In this document: positions 26,926-36,761 of the stretch, piece after piece
How the letters are laid out: each line of letters opens with the position of its first letter
Position numbering within the stretch: the stretch's first letter is position 1
NCBI GenBank assembly: GCA_963667115.1
Contig: OY763007.1
Span: 1,113,271-1,177,270 of the forward strand
Length of the DNA: 64,000 bases
Origin: Nitrospirales bacterium
GTDB lineage: Bacteria; Nitrospirota; Nitrospiria; Nitrospirales; UBA8639
Direction: 5' to 3'
Position numbers and translations under genes: made by a program
Notes under the pieces: model-generated
Seen by the model: only the letters and a program-made list of their open reading frames with translations
Told to the model about the DNA's origin: nothing
The model's database searches: none

Positions 26926-27849
26926 TCAGCCATCTGAATCCAATAGCTGATCGTAATTTATTGAGTCCTGACAGTGGATCTCTTCGAAGTAAGGGGAGGG
27001 CTGCCGCGATTCAAGCGCGGAATGGAATAGTCGAAGCGAAAATTTGTTCTCCCTACTAACCCACCTAAAAAATCCAGAGCTAAACTCGACTTCCCCCAAT
27101 CTTGTTCTCGGAACGCGTACCGCCATTTCATCAATCCCCGCACCATATTTTCGATTCAGATAGTTAACAATCTTTTTGTATATCTCTTCATTGTAGTCTT
27201 CGTCGGAGTGAAGTTCGTCATCAATATATTTTCCATGAAGTGCTTGATTCCTGACTCCAGCGCCATGCTTAAAAAGGCGCTCATGCAATTTTGGCTCCTG
27301 TAATATCTCGTCTTTGATGTAATCGTGATTCGTCTTATTTTCTTCTACTTCACCAGCCAATCCCTCAAGAGATGAGCATAGCATCGCAAGCTGGCTATAG
27401 AATGACGTTGTGTTAATGGCCTCGTGCAAATAAGGAAATGCGCTACCTGGTGGAGAAATTTCGACTAATGATCGTAGGGATCTGACCTGTTCCTCGCCGA
27501 ACGACAAACGTGCAGAATCTATGTTTTTGGAGTATCTGCCAAAAAAACGGTCGTCATTGTCCCGAATAATAGCCATAGTTTGTTGATGGATCGAAGTATA
27601 ACACTGACCAGCGATCGCGATCCGGTCAACAACCGGCGATAATTGCTCGTAGAACTCCCGAAATGCGTCCAGTGCCGTTGGCGCTTCCACTTCCTTTCTT
27701 ACAACCCAACCACCTTTTCCCGTCCAATTATCATTCTCCCATAACTCGAACTTAAAGCCATTTATCTCAAAAGGGTTACATAGCATCAGCATCGTGTCTA
27801 TGCGACGATGTATTGCATATCGATGCATATCAGCACACCTCACTTGCAA
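26926..27849 (-). CDS. Hypothetical protein with an RNxxxH (HEPN-like) motif; AT-richer islet
   Basis: A 307-codon ORF. GAGVRNQALHGKY lies at codons 197-209 (nt 27235-27252 encode RNQALH). I recognise no other family. The start is uncertain, with several Met codons in the first 22. Confidence 0.5.
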   Translation of the reverse strand: MQVRCADMHRYAIHRRIDTMLMLCNPFEINGFKFELWENDNWTGKGGWVVRKEVEAPTALDAFREFYEQLSPVVDRIAIAGQCYTSIHQQTMAIIRDNDDRFFGRYSKNIDSARLSFGEEQVRSLRSLVEISPPGSAFPYLHEAINTTSFYSQLAMLCSSLEGLAGEVEENKTNHDYIKDEILQEPKLHERLFKHGAGVRNQALHGKYIDDELHSDEDYNEEIYKKIVNYLNRKYGAGIDEMAVRVPRTRLGEVEFSSGFFRWVSRENKFSLRLFHSALESRQPSPYFEEIHCQDSINYDQLLDSDG

Positions 27850-27928
27850 TTACGCTAGAGGCCCGTCGTTGCCGCACAACGTGTCCACACGGCGTCTACT
27901 CCATGGCGGCTGCTCTAAAACGCCGAAT

Positions 27929-29230
27929 CTAGAACCGTCCTTCGTTCAGCCGCCAATAGACGTCTGAGTCCTTGAGTGCGTTGTTTTCCTTTGCGAGGTC
28001 CCAAGGAGTCTTGCCATCCTTGTTGCGCGCTTGCGGATCGGCACCCGCTATCAATAACGCCTCGATAATGGCGGGATTCTTGTTGTATTCGGCAGCATAA
28101 TGCAACGGAGTCATACTGTAACGTGCCCGTAGGTTTGGATTGGCTCCGACGTCAAGCAATGCACCGACGACCTCCGGATTCTTATTATGGATGGCAGCCC
28201 AATGGAGAGGGGTTTTACCGAAAAACTCATTATCCCGTGCATTCAGGATAGCCCCAGCGTCAAGCAATGCGGCGATGACTGCCGGATTCTGGTTAAACCC
28301 TGCGGCCTGATGTAGCGGAGCACCGACGCCCTCACCACCAAGCGTGTTAGGATTGGCACCAGCGTCAAGCAATACGCCAATGACCGCTGGGTTCTCATTG
28401 TATCTAGCAGCGTTATGGAGAGGAGTAGTGCGTAAGGAACCTCTCTGGAACGCACCCCATGTGTTCAGGTCGGCCCCAGCATCGAGCAACGCAGCAACAA
28501 TCGCCGGATTTTTGTTGAAACCGGCGGCCCTATGCAGAGGGGCATCGCCGCCTTCGGAACGTATGTTCGGATTGACTCCAACAGCAAGTAAGGTGGCCAC
28601 AATCGCTGGATTTTCATTAGACGATGCGGCGTGATGTAATGGGGTAGCACCGTCTAAGTTACGCACTGTCGGATCAAGCCCGGCACTAAGCAACGCGCTG
28701 ACAACCGCTGGATTTTTGTTGAAACCAGCGGCCTTGTGCAAAGGAGAATTGCCATCTAAATTCCGCACGTTTGGGTCAACCCCGTTGTCAAGTAACATGG
28801 CGATAACGACTGGATTCTCATTATACCCAGCCCAATGCAAGACAGTTTCGCCGCCTTCGTCACGACCGTTTGGATCGGCACCCGCGCTTAACAAAACCGT
28901 TATGATGTCGGAATTTTGGTTCCTTGCAGCCGCGAAATGCAGAGGAGTAGCACCCTGGACTTTGCTCCGTGCATTCAGATCGGCTCCCACATCTAGGAGA
29001 CCGACTATTACGGCGGGATTCTGGTTCCATGAAGCCGCGAAGTGCAAAGGAGTACGGTCGAGTTCGTCTCGCGCGTTCGGATCGGCACCGGACCGAATGC
29101 AGTTAGTCACAACCTCCATCGTGGCGGTTTCGAAAAATGCCTTGGTGTTCCAGGCATTGCAATCTGCGCCAATGGCTGGCGCAGCCGCGAGTAAGAGGCA
29201 AAGACCACAAATCACCGTGATAAGTTTCAT
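27929..29230 (-). CDS. Secreted ankyrin-repeat protein (about 10-11 repeats)
   Basis: Signal peptide MKLITVICGLCLLLAAAPAIGA, then very regular repeats of about 34 aa: TPLH.AA..N.NPAV...LLDAGA.PN.R. Confidence 0.9.
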   Translation of the reverse strand: MKLITVICGLCLLLAAAPAIGADCNAWNTKAFFETATMEVVTNCIRSGADPNARDELDRTPLHFAASWNQNPAVIVGLLDVGADLNARSKVQGATPLHFAAARNQNSDIITVLLSAGADPNGRDEGGETVLHWAGYNENPVVIAMLLDNGVDPNVRNLDGNSPLHKAAGFNKNPAVVSALLSAGLDPTVRNLDGATPLHHAASSNENPAIVATLLAVGVNPNIRSEGGDAPLHRAAGFNKNPAIVAALLDAGADLNTWGAFQRGSLRTTPLHNAARYNENPAVIGVLLDAGANPNTLGGEGVGAPLHQAAGFNQNPAVIAALLDAGAILNARDNEFFGKTPLHWAAIHNKNPEVVGALLDVGANPNLRARYSMTPLHYAAEYNKNPAIIEALLIAGADPQARNKDGKTPWDLAKENNALKDSDVYWRLNEGRF

Positions 29231-29354
29231 GCTTTCTCCATTAAAGATGGGGCCATTTCAGATGCAAATTTCTGCATGTACAGGCAAGGAATCTCATCCG
29301 GTGTCTCTGTCGGGAAACTACGTTGGGCTGGAGTGCAGACCATGATCGTTACCT

Positions 29355-29987
29355 CTATCCATGGCGGTCGTGTTCGTCTCCCCACAGGGTTGCCAGCCGG
29401 GCGTCTCTTCCACAGGTGAAACGGTAAAATTTATACCTGATGGGGTTCTTCATATAAAAATCCTGGTGGTATTCCTCTGCCGGATAAAACGCCGTGGCTT
29501 GGGTCAGTTCCGTCACCACCGGAGCGCTGAAGGTTTTGGTACGTTCGATTTCCTTTTTCGAGGCTTCCGCCAATGCACGCTGTTCGTCATCGTGATAGAA
29601 AATCGCGGGACGATATTGGTCACCATGATCACAGAACTGGGCATCCGACGTCGTGGGGTCAGTATTCGGCCAATACACGGCCAACAACTCCCGATAACTG
29701 ATTTTTTGAGGATCATACACCACCTGAACGGCCTCGGTGTGCCCGGTTCCCCCGGCAGAAACCTCTTCATAGGTCGGGTTCTCCGTCTGTCCACCCGTAT
29801 ATCCCGACGTCGTGGAAATCACGCCATCGAGTTCATCGAACGGGCCTTCCATGCACCAGAAACACCCTCCGGCGAACGTGGCGACGGCATGATCGCCTTC
29901 GGCCGTTTCACTGATCGACGGGCTGTTCATGCCGACCAGCAGCCCTCCTCCCAACACGAGCAAGAGAAACAATTTGTAGATTTTCAT
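29355..29987 (-). CDS. msrA: Peptide-methionine (S)-S-oxide reductase MsrA, exported form
   Basis: Signal peptide plus the GGCFWCMEGPF active site. Confidence 0.9.
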   Translation of the reverse strand: MKIYKLFLLLVLGGGLLVGMNSPSISETAEGDHAVATFAGGCFWCMEGPFDELDGVISTTSGYTGGQTENPTYEEVSAGGTGHTEAVQVVYDPQKISYRELLAVYWPNTDPTTSDAQFCDHGDQYRPAIFYHDDEQRALAEASKKEIERTKTFSAPVVTELTQATAFYPAEEYHQDFYMKNPIRYKFYRFTCGRDARLATLWGDEHDRHG

Positions 29988-30345
29988 GACGGCGTCTCCT
30001 TCTCTTCACTTCATTCCTTAGCGAGGCCCTTCGCTATGCTCGGGACAAGCACCGGCTGTACGGTTCTTTCTTTATTCTACACGTAAAAAAGGCCGTGTCC
30101 AGATTGCCCAGCCTCTCACACTTCCTCTCCGTGAGGACTTCCTGCAGATCGACAAGGTTGACTTGAGTAATGGACGGTTCGAGGATAGCATTGAAATGCA
30201 GGACAACCCGGTCGGGACTGGCTCGTAAAACGGACCCATGCGCGGGAGAAGATTCAAGCAAGAATTTCAAAAGAGCCGGAAACACCGATGAGGGTTCCCA
30301 AATCACGAGATGCCCGATTGACCAGCCATCCACGAGAGACACGCC

Positions 30346-31335
30346 GTGTTTAAAACCATCGCAACGTGCCTTATTTGGGGCACGTGCCTGCTCACCCCTT
30401 CGCTGCTTTTGGCAAACGCATCTGATTTTGCCGAAATTGTCGAGCAAGCCAAGCACGGGACCGTGGGTGTTCTCACTCAATCGACTTCGCCAGACCGGGA
30501 TTCTTTCTCCGTGAGAGGGTCGGGGATTTATCTGGGAGACGGGTATATCCTGACCGCTCGTCACGCCACGAAGCGCCTGGGAGGTGGAGCAACCGTCGAT
30601 CCTCCGCACATTTCCGTTATTTCGAGCACGTTGAAAGAAGCATCCGCCACGTTAATCGGCGTGAATCTATTCTTGGACGTTGCCCTGTATCACATCCCCC
30701 GGGAGATGTTGCCTCCCGGGCTTTCCGCCAGGACGTTCAGTCGGGTTGAGGTCCTGCCTGGAGAGCAGGTATTCACCGTAGGCTACCCGCTGGGTTGGGG
30801 GCCTGCCATCAGCTACGGATACATCGGCAATCCCCATACGTTTTTGCAAACGATTCAATCGCGTCTCTTGCAAGTCGATCTTTCAGCATGCAGTGGCAAT
30901 TCCGGCGGAGGATTGTTCAATACACAAGGGGAAATCGTCGGCCTTCTCCACGCGATCATTCAAACCGAAACGACCAGGGAGGAACGTCGTTGCAGCCGAT
31001 TTGCGTTTGCCGTCCCGGGACCGTTGGTCCACAAGATCGTCACGGCTCTCATACAGGGGAAACCTTTCCACTTTTCAAAACTCGGGCTGCAACTCACCTC
31101 CATCAAAATCGGACAACAATGGCACATGGCCGTGGCGCAAGCCACGGGGCCGGCACGACGGGCAGGCTTCAAAAAAGGCGATGTCCTTCTGTCCATCGAC
31201 AACCAGCCGGTCGACTCGGCCAGTCAATTGAAAACCTATCTGATCGAACAGACACGGCCCTTTCAGCCGGTCAGCATTCGAATCCTGCGGAACCACAAAG
31301 AAAAATTGATACGGGTGATTTTAGGGAAAGCCTGA
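30346..31335 (+). CDS. Trypsin-like serine protease with C-terminal PDZ domain (HtrA/DegP-like, S1C)
   Basis: Signal peptide, TARHA (His), SGNSGGGLFN (Ser) and a PDZ-like GFKKGDVLLSIDNQPV. Confidence 0.85.
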   Translation: MFKTIATCLIWGTCLLTPSLLLANASDFAEIVEQAKHGTVGVLTQSTSPDRDSFSVRGSGIYLGDGYILTARHATKRLGGGATVDPPHISVISSTLKEASATLIGVNLFLDVALYHIPREMLPPGLSARTFSRVEVLPGEQVFTVGYPLGWGPAISYGYIGNPHTFLQTIQSRLLQVDLSACSGNSGGGLFNTQGEIVGLLHAIIQTETTREERRCSRFAFAVPGPLVHKIVTALIQGKPFHFSKLGLQLTSIKIGQQWHMAVAQATGPARRAGFKKGDVLLSIDNQPVDSASQLKTYLIEQTRPFQPVSIRILRNHKEKLIRVILGKA

Positions 31336-31458
31336 GAGAAACGACCCTTTTGTCCCTCACGCAACCTTTGCGTCGCACGCGCGGCAACGGGTATCATGCA
31401 CCACGCTTTAACGTGATCAAAACAAAAGCCTTGCATCAGGTTTCCGGTCACAAAGGAC

Positions 31459-32352
31459 GTGACAATGGCAAAACATCGTAAAGGGCAAAAAGCCGCAAGT
31501 GCCGGAGGCACACAGCGTGTTTCGCACTCTCCTCCGACTCGCGCACCGAACCTCGGCGCCCCACTGACCATCGTCCTGCTCGTGCTGACCTTTTTCGGAA
31601 TTGTGTTGACGACGTACCTCAGCTATGTCGCCTCGTTCGGGACGCACCCGGCCTTCTGCAGCGAGGGGTCGGGATGCGACCTGGTTCAAAGCAGTCGTTG
31701 GGCGACGTTTCTGGGAATGCCGATGGCCACGTGGGGCCTCTTCACCTACATCGTGCTCGCGTCGTTGGCGTGGCGAGCCAGGACAAAGCCCAAGAGTTGG
31801 ACTCCCCTGCTCTTCGTCGCCATCGACGGATTCGGCGTCAGTGCCTACCTGACCGTGATTTCAATCGTGGAAATCGAAGCGACCTGTTCCTACTGTCTCG
31901 CCTCATTCGCCACCATCACGGCCATTATGATCCTGACCCTCGTGCAACGACCGCCCGACTGGTCAACGTCATTGAAAGAAGCGAGCGTGGTCGCCGTGCT
32001 CATTATCGGCGGACTCCATATGCACTACAGCGGGGTGTTCGACGAAGCGGCCGGCCCCGAAGATCCGCAACTCCAGGCGTTGGCCATTCACCTGACCGAG
32101 ACGGGAGTCAAGTTTTACGGCGCCTATTGGTGTCCCCGTTGCCAGGAACAGAAAGCCCTGTTCAAGGCGTCCTCGGACCGGCTGCCTTACGTTGAATGCA
32201 GTTCAGGCGGTCGCGGCAGCCCACTCACCGCACCGTGCCTGGCAAACGACATTCGCAGTTACCCGACCTGGATCATCGACGACCAGCGCTTCACCGGGTT
32301 GCAAACCCCTCGAACACTCGCCGGTGCCGCCGGCTTCACCTGGAAAGAGTAA
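31459..32352 (+). CDS. Vitamin K epoxide reductase (VKOR) family protein fused to a thioredoxin-like domain
   Basis: Multiple TM helices with C..C motifs (FCSEGSGC, CSYC), then a C-terminal YGAYWCPRCQEQK. Confidence 0.8.
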   Translation: MTMAKHRKGQKAASAGGTQRVSHSPPTRAPNLGAPLTIVLLVLTFFGIVLTTYLSYVASFGTHPAFCSEGSGCDLVQSSRWATFLGMPMATWGLFTYIVLASLAWRARTKPKSWTPLLFVAIDGFGVSAYLTVISIVEIEATCSYCLASFATITAIMILTLVQRPPDWSTSLKEASVVAVLIIGGLHMHYSGVFDEAAGPEDPQLQALAIHLTETGVKFYGAYWCPRCQEQKALFKASSDRLPYVECSSGGRGSPLTAPCLANDIRSYPTWIIDDQRFTGLQTPRTLAGAAGFTWKE

Positions 32353-32383
32353 CAACGAAGCCTGAAATCTTATATCGCCAGCC

Positions 32384-33052
32384 ATGGTGAACGAAGAGCA
32401 TCATATGGAATTTAACGAAAAAACCATTCAAGCCAAACAGAAAATGGCTCAACACCGCCGTGAGATCTCCGGGCGTGAAGTTGACGAGGAGTATCAAGAT
32501 GATCGCCTCCCTCCCGGGCAACATATCGTCAATAATTGGCCAGTGCTGGACCTTGGGTACAAACCTCAAATTTCACTTGAAGAATGGAAGCTTACGGTGG
32601 ATGGGTTGGTTGAACGTCCCATCACGTGGACCTGGGAGGATTATCAGGCTCAGCCACAGCAGCCGTTTATGTCCAATTTCCATTGCGTGACCTCCTGGAG
32701 CCAGCTTGAGATGGAATGGGTCGGAGTAAGTTTTCGGCATCTACTCAGCTTGGTGCACCCCAAGCCGGAGGCCAGATACGTGCTCTTTGAGTCGTATGAC
32801 GACTATACGACCAACTTGCCTCTTTCGGTCTGCGACGACGAGGACGTCTTCCTTGTCCATTCCTGGAATCACAAACCGCTGTCTAAAGATCACGGAGGAC
32901 CGGTTCGCATGATTATCCCGAAACGCTACGCATGGAAAGGAGCCAAATGGATCAGAACCATCACCTTCGTGGAAAAAGATCAAAAAGGGTTCTGGGAAGT
33001 GCGTGGGTATTCCAACACCGCCCTGCCGTGGGAGAATGATCGGTATGGGTGA
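32384..33052 (+). CDS. Sulfite-oxidase-like molybdopterin oxidoreductase (short, no signal peptide)
   Basis: ...LPPGQ...WPVL...W.L.V.GLV..P...FHCVTSWS...GGPVRMIIP..YAWKGAKW.... Confidence 0.8.
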   Translation: MVNEEHHMEFNEKTIQAKQKMAQHRREISGREVDEEYQDDRLPPGQHIVNNWPVLDLGYKPQISLEEWKLTVDGLVERPITWTWEDYQAQPQQPFMSNFHCVTSWSQLEMEWVGVSFRHLLSLVHPKPEARYVLFESYDDYTTNLPLSVCDDEDVFLVHSWNHKPLSKDHGGPVRMIIPKRYAWKGAKWIRTITFVEKDQKGFWEVRGYSNTALPWENDRYG

Positions 33053-33116
33053 TCGATTGGTATGACCGTTTCCCTCCAGACCCTACCTTTCTCCTCCTCC
33101 GGATTCATCTTATAGA

Positions 33117-34322
33117 ATGGGCGTCTCCACCTCCTTCACCATCACGAAAATCGAACTCTGTCCGCTGGATCTTCCCATCACCGATCCCTTTGTCGTCGCA
33201 ACGGGCCAACTCCAGGTGGCGCACAATGCCTTCGTACGGCTTACCCTGCATGATGGAACCGTCGGATACGGCGAGATTGCCCCCTTTCCCGCCATTACCG
33301 GGGAAGATCGCGAGAGCAGTCTGAAGAACGCCCGGTTATTGGGAGAACACCTGCTCGGACAATCAACGCTTCAGTATCAACGGCTCGGCCACGAACTGTC
33401 CGAACGCGCACCCGACGCGCCCGCGGCCCGGTGTGGATTGGAAACCTCGCTCCTCGATGCCCTGACACGCACGCTTCACGTCCCCCTGTGGGCCCTGTGG
33501 GGTGGAGCGGACGTGCGTGCGCGTGAAACGGACGTCACCATTCCCATCGCCTCTTTGGAACGAACCAAGGAACTCGCCCGACAATGGCATGAACGGGGCT
33601 TTCGTCTCTTCAAACTAAAAGTCGGTCATGACGTGGACGAAGACGTTCGTCGAGTGGAAACCCTGCATCGTCATTGTCCCGGCGTGGCGTTCGTGATTGA
33701 TGCCAATCAGGGGTACACGCGCGAGGAGGCCGCAACCTTGATTAAAGGTGTCAAGCGGTTCGATGGGAACATTCTCCTCCTTGAACAACCGCTGGCCAAG
33801 GACGACCTCGAAGGCCATGCCAAACTCCGGCGCGACTTCCACGTTCCCATTGCCGCAGACGAATCAGCGCAATCCCTGCACGACCTCCAAGCTGTAATCC
33901 GGCACGACGCAGCGGATTACGTCAATATCAAAATTACGAAGAGTGGCTTATTGGAAGGAATTGCCATGGCAACCACGGCTAAAGCCGCCGGTCTTCGCGT
34001 GATGCTGGGCGGAATGATGGAGACCCGAGTTGCCATGGGGTGCTCTTACAGCATCGCCTTGGGTATCGGCGGGTGTTCCGTCCTGGATCTCGACACGCCG
34101 TTGTTGTTGGAAACTGATCCGGTTATTGGTGGATATTCGTACGAAGGCCCCCTCCTTCAACCGTGGCACGGCCCAGGGCTCGATCTCGATATTCCTTCTT
34201 TTCGAGCTGCCATATCAGTTCAATTTCTTTTTCCAGCATACTTGAAATTTTTGTTATATTTTGGTATATACAAACCGTATCTTATCCTTAGATCGAAGAT
34301 CAAAAAAAGGAGAACTGCAGTT
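33117..34322 (+). CDS. Dipeptide (L-Ala-D/L-Glu) epimerase, enolase superfamily; ORF has no stop before the next gene
   Basis: ...FKLKVG...IDANQGY...LLEQPL...IAADES... catalytic pattern. The enzyme-like sequence ends near 34200, but the frame stays open into the TetR gene (ORF 33117-34997). Confidence 0.75.
34242..34270 (+). promoter_or_regulatory. Strong sigma70-like promoter for the TetR gene, inside the read-through ORF
   Basis: TTGAAA (34242-34247), a 17-nt spacer and TATATA (34265-34270). AAGGAG lies 9 nt before the ATG at 34323. Confidence 0.45.
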
Positions 34323-34997
34323 ATGCCGAGAAGAAAACAATTCGCCATTGATGATGTCAAGCAAAAAGCGATGCTGGTCTTCTGGGATCAAGGTTACAGA
34401 AGGACATCCCTGCAGGATCTCGTGGAAACCATGGGTATCAACCGCGCCAGTCTGTATGACACGTTCGGCGATAAGTACGCTCTCTTTATCGAAACCTTGC
34501 ACAACTATAATGACACCTACGCGAAGCCCTTTTTCACAAGGCTCAGAAAGACGAATTCACCCCGCCAGGCTATCATCACCTTATTCAACGAAATTTGTGA
34601 TGGAATATCGAAGGGTGAGGAACAAAACGGATGTTATATCATCAACACGGCCTTGGAGATGTCCCCGCATGACGCAAAGGTGTCAAAAATCGTCAATCGA
34701 ACTTTCGCCTACGTAGAAAAAAAATTTTTTCGCAAAATGATCGAACAAGGCCAAGCCAGCGGAGAGATTTCCATCGAGGTGATTCCGAGCACAGCCTCTC
34801 GCACCTTACTAAGTCTGTTGATCGGCTTACGGGTGCTTTCCCGCAACCAGCCAGACAAGGCCTTGCTGAACTCATTCAAGATGCAGTTAGAAACCATTTT
34901 GCCCCCTGGGGAGCATACACCCCTGCCCGCCCCAGCCCCCATTTCCGTCAAGCGCAATGGCCGTAAAGTCCATACCAACTTCGCTTATGCAGAGTGA
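34323..34997 (+). CDS. TetR/AcrR-family transcriptional regulator
   Basis: N-terminal HTH ...AMLVFWDQGYRRTSLQDLVETMGINRASLYDTFGDK. Confidence 0.85.
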   Translation: MPRRKQFAIDDVKQKAMLVFWDQGYRRTSLQDLVETMGINRASLYDTFGDKYALFIETLHNYNDTYAKPFFTRLRKTNSPRQAIITLFNEICDGISKGEEQNGCYIINTALEMSPHDAKVSKIVNRTFAYVEKKFFRKMIEQGQASGEISIEVIPSTASRTLLSLLIGLRVLSRNQPDKALLNSFKMQLETILPPGEHTPLPAPAPISVKRNGRKVHTNFAYAE

Positions 34998-35203
34998 CGC
35001 GTGAAAGGCTGATTTCACGTGACTCTGCCGTAGTGTTGCGCCTCCCGCTTTCCTTCTCAAAGAGAACATGGTTCCCGGACCCCCTTGACCGCAGTCTCTG
35101 ACCTGTTGGCCGTTCCAGCCTCATACAGTCGATTTGCCCTTCACTTGCAAGGCACCATTGAACTGGTTAGGATATCAGAAAGCACTCTTGCGCAAACCTG
35201 CCT

Positions 35204-36760
35204 ATGCTTTCAATTCCCACACAGCGACCGCCACGACACCTTTTCACCCTGCTTCTGTTCTGCATCTTCTGTTTTCCCTCGATTTCTCAAGGAATAGACC
35301 TTGCGTCATTCGAGCAGAAGGTCACGGAATACACCGTCAAAAACGGTTGGACGTTTATTCTCGTCGAGCGACCCGTGGCCCCGGTTTTTGCTTTTATGAC
35401 GGCCGTGAACGTGGGGTCGGCGCAAGAAGACGCTGGCAGGACCGGGCTCGCGCACATGTTCGAACACATGGCCTTTAAAGGCACGCCTCGCCTCGGCACC
35501 AGGAACTACAAAGAAGAGAAAAAAGCCTTGGAGGAGTTGGAACGGGCTTATCTGGCTCATCAGGAAGCCAGGTTGGGTTCCCCGTCCGACGCTGAACGCC
35601 TCAAACACCTGTGGGACGTCTATAAAAGCAAGCAACGGGCTGCCGCGACGTTCGTGAAGAAAAACGAATTCTCCGACGTCGTTGAACGAGAAGGCGGAGT
35701 TGCCGTGAACGCCTTTACCAGTGCCGATGTCACCGGATATTTTTACGCACTCCCCGCCAATAAAATCGAGCTCTTTTGTTATCTGGAATCAGAACGATTT
35801 TTACACCCGGTGTTTCGTGAGTTCTACGAAGAACGGGACGTGGTCATGGAAGAGCGCCGGATGCGCACGGAAAGCCGGCCCTTCGGCCGGCTCATTGAAC
35901 AGTTTGTGGCTACTGCCTTTACGGCCCACCCCTATCACCATCCAGTGATCGGCCATGCCAGCGATATTCAATCCTATACCATGACCGATGCCGAAACGTT
36001 TTTCGAAACCTACTACGTCCCGTCCAATATGGTCACGGCGATTGTCGGAGACATTCACCCGGAAACCCTCATCCCTCTTCTCGAAACGTATTTCGGCCGG
36101 ATCCCCGGCGGGCCGAAACCTCCGCCCTTGAGAACCGTGGAACCCCCGTCAATCGCGGAAAAAGTGGTGAGGATTCAAGATCCGTCTCAACCATTTTATC
36201 TGGAGGGATACCATAAACCCGCAGCCACGCATCCCGATCAACCCGTATTCGACGCCATCGACGACATTTTGACGAACGGACGGACCTCCCGGTTCTACCG
36301 CTCTTTGGTTCGAGACAAACAAATTGCAGTCAACGCTGGCGCCTATGGAGCCTACCCGGGAGAAAAATATCCGCATCTGTGGGTGGCATATGCGGTACCC
36401 GCGCGTGGAGTTGCCAACGAAACGGTTCAGCAAGCTATCCGTGAAGAATTGGATCGCCTGAAGACCGAAGACGTCACGGACGAAGAGCTGGCCAAATTCC
36501 GAACACGGGCCAAAGCCAGCTTGATCTATTCCTTGAAAAGCAATCTCGGGTTGGCCATGAAGCTCACGGACTACCATACCCTTTTTGATGATTGGCGCGA
36601 ACTGTTTCGTTATATCCAACGCTTTGACGGAGTGACGAAAGCGGACATCCGGCGTATCGCCCGGCAAACGTTTATTGCACCCAATCGAGTCGTGGCACAA
36701 ATCGAAACCAGGACACCGCCCGCTACGCCCATGCCGACGGCACCCCAAGAAGGACCATGA
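35204..36760 (+). CDS. M16 (pitrilysin/insulinase) family zinc peptidase, exported
   Basis: Signal peptide and HMFEHMAFKGT (the HxxEH zinc motif). Confidence 0.9.
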   Translation: MLSIPTQRPPRHLFTLLLFCIFCFPSISQGIDLASFEQKVTEYTVKNGWTFILVERPVAPVFAFMTAVNVGSAQEDAGRTGLAHMFEHMAFKGTPRLGTRNYKEEKKALEELERAYLAHQEARLGSPSDAERLKHLWDVYKSKQRAAATFVKKNEFSDVVEREGGVAVNAFTSADVTGYFYALPANKIELFCYLESERFLHPVFREFYEERDVVMEERRMRTESRPFGRLIEQFVATAFTAHPYHHPVIGHASDIQSYTMTDAETFFETYYVPSNMVTAIVGDIHPETLIPLLETYFGRIPGGPKPPPLRTVEPPSIAEKVVRIQDPSQPFYLEGYHKPAATHPDQPVFDAIDDILTNGRTSRFYRSLVRDKQIAVNAGAYGAYPGEKYPHLWVAYAVPARGVANETVQQAIREELDRLKTEDVTDEELAKFRTRAKASLIYSLKSNLGLAMKLTDYHTLFDDWRELFRYIQRFDGVTKADIRRIARQTFIAPNRVVAQIETRTPPATPMPTAPQEGP

Positions 36761-36761
36761 C

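Noticed and set aside
30034-30609. The 191-aa minus-strand ORF between msrA and the HtrA-like protease was considered as a gene.
   Set aside because: Its upstream half overlaps the well-supported protease gene with its signal peptide at 30346. At best a fragment of about 100 aa (30034-30340, GTG start) could be real, and it has no recognisable motifs or ribosome-binding site.
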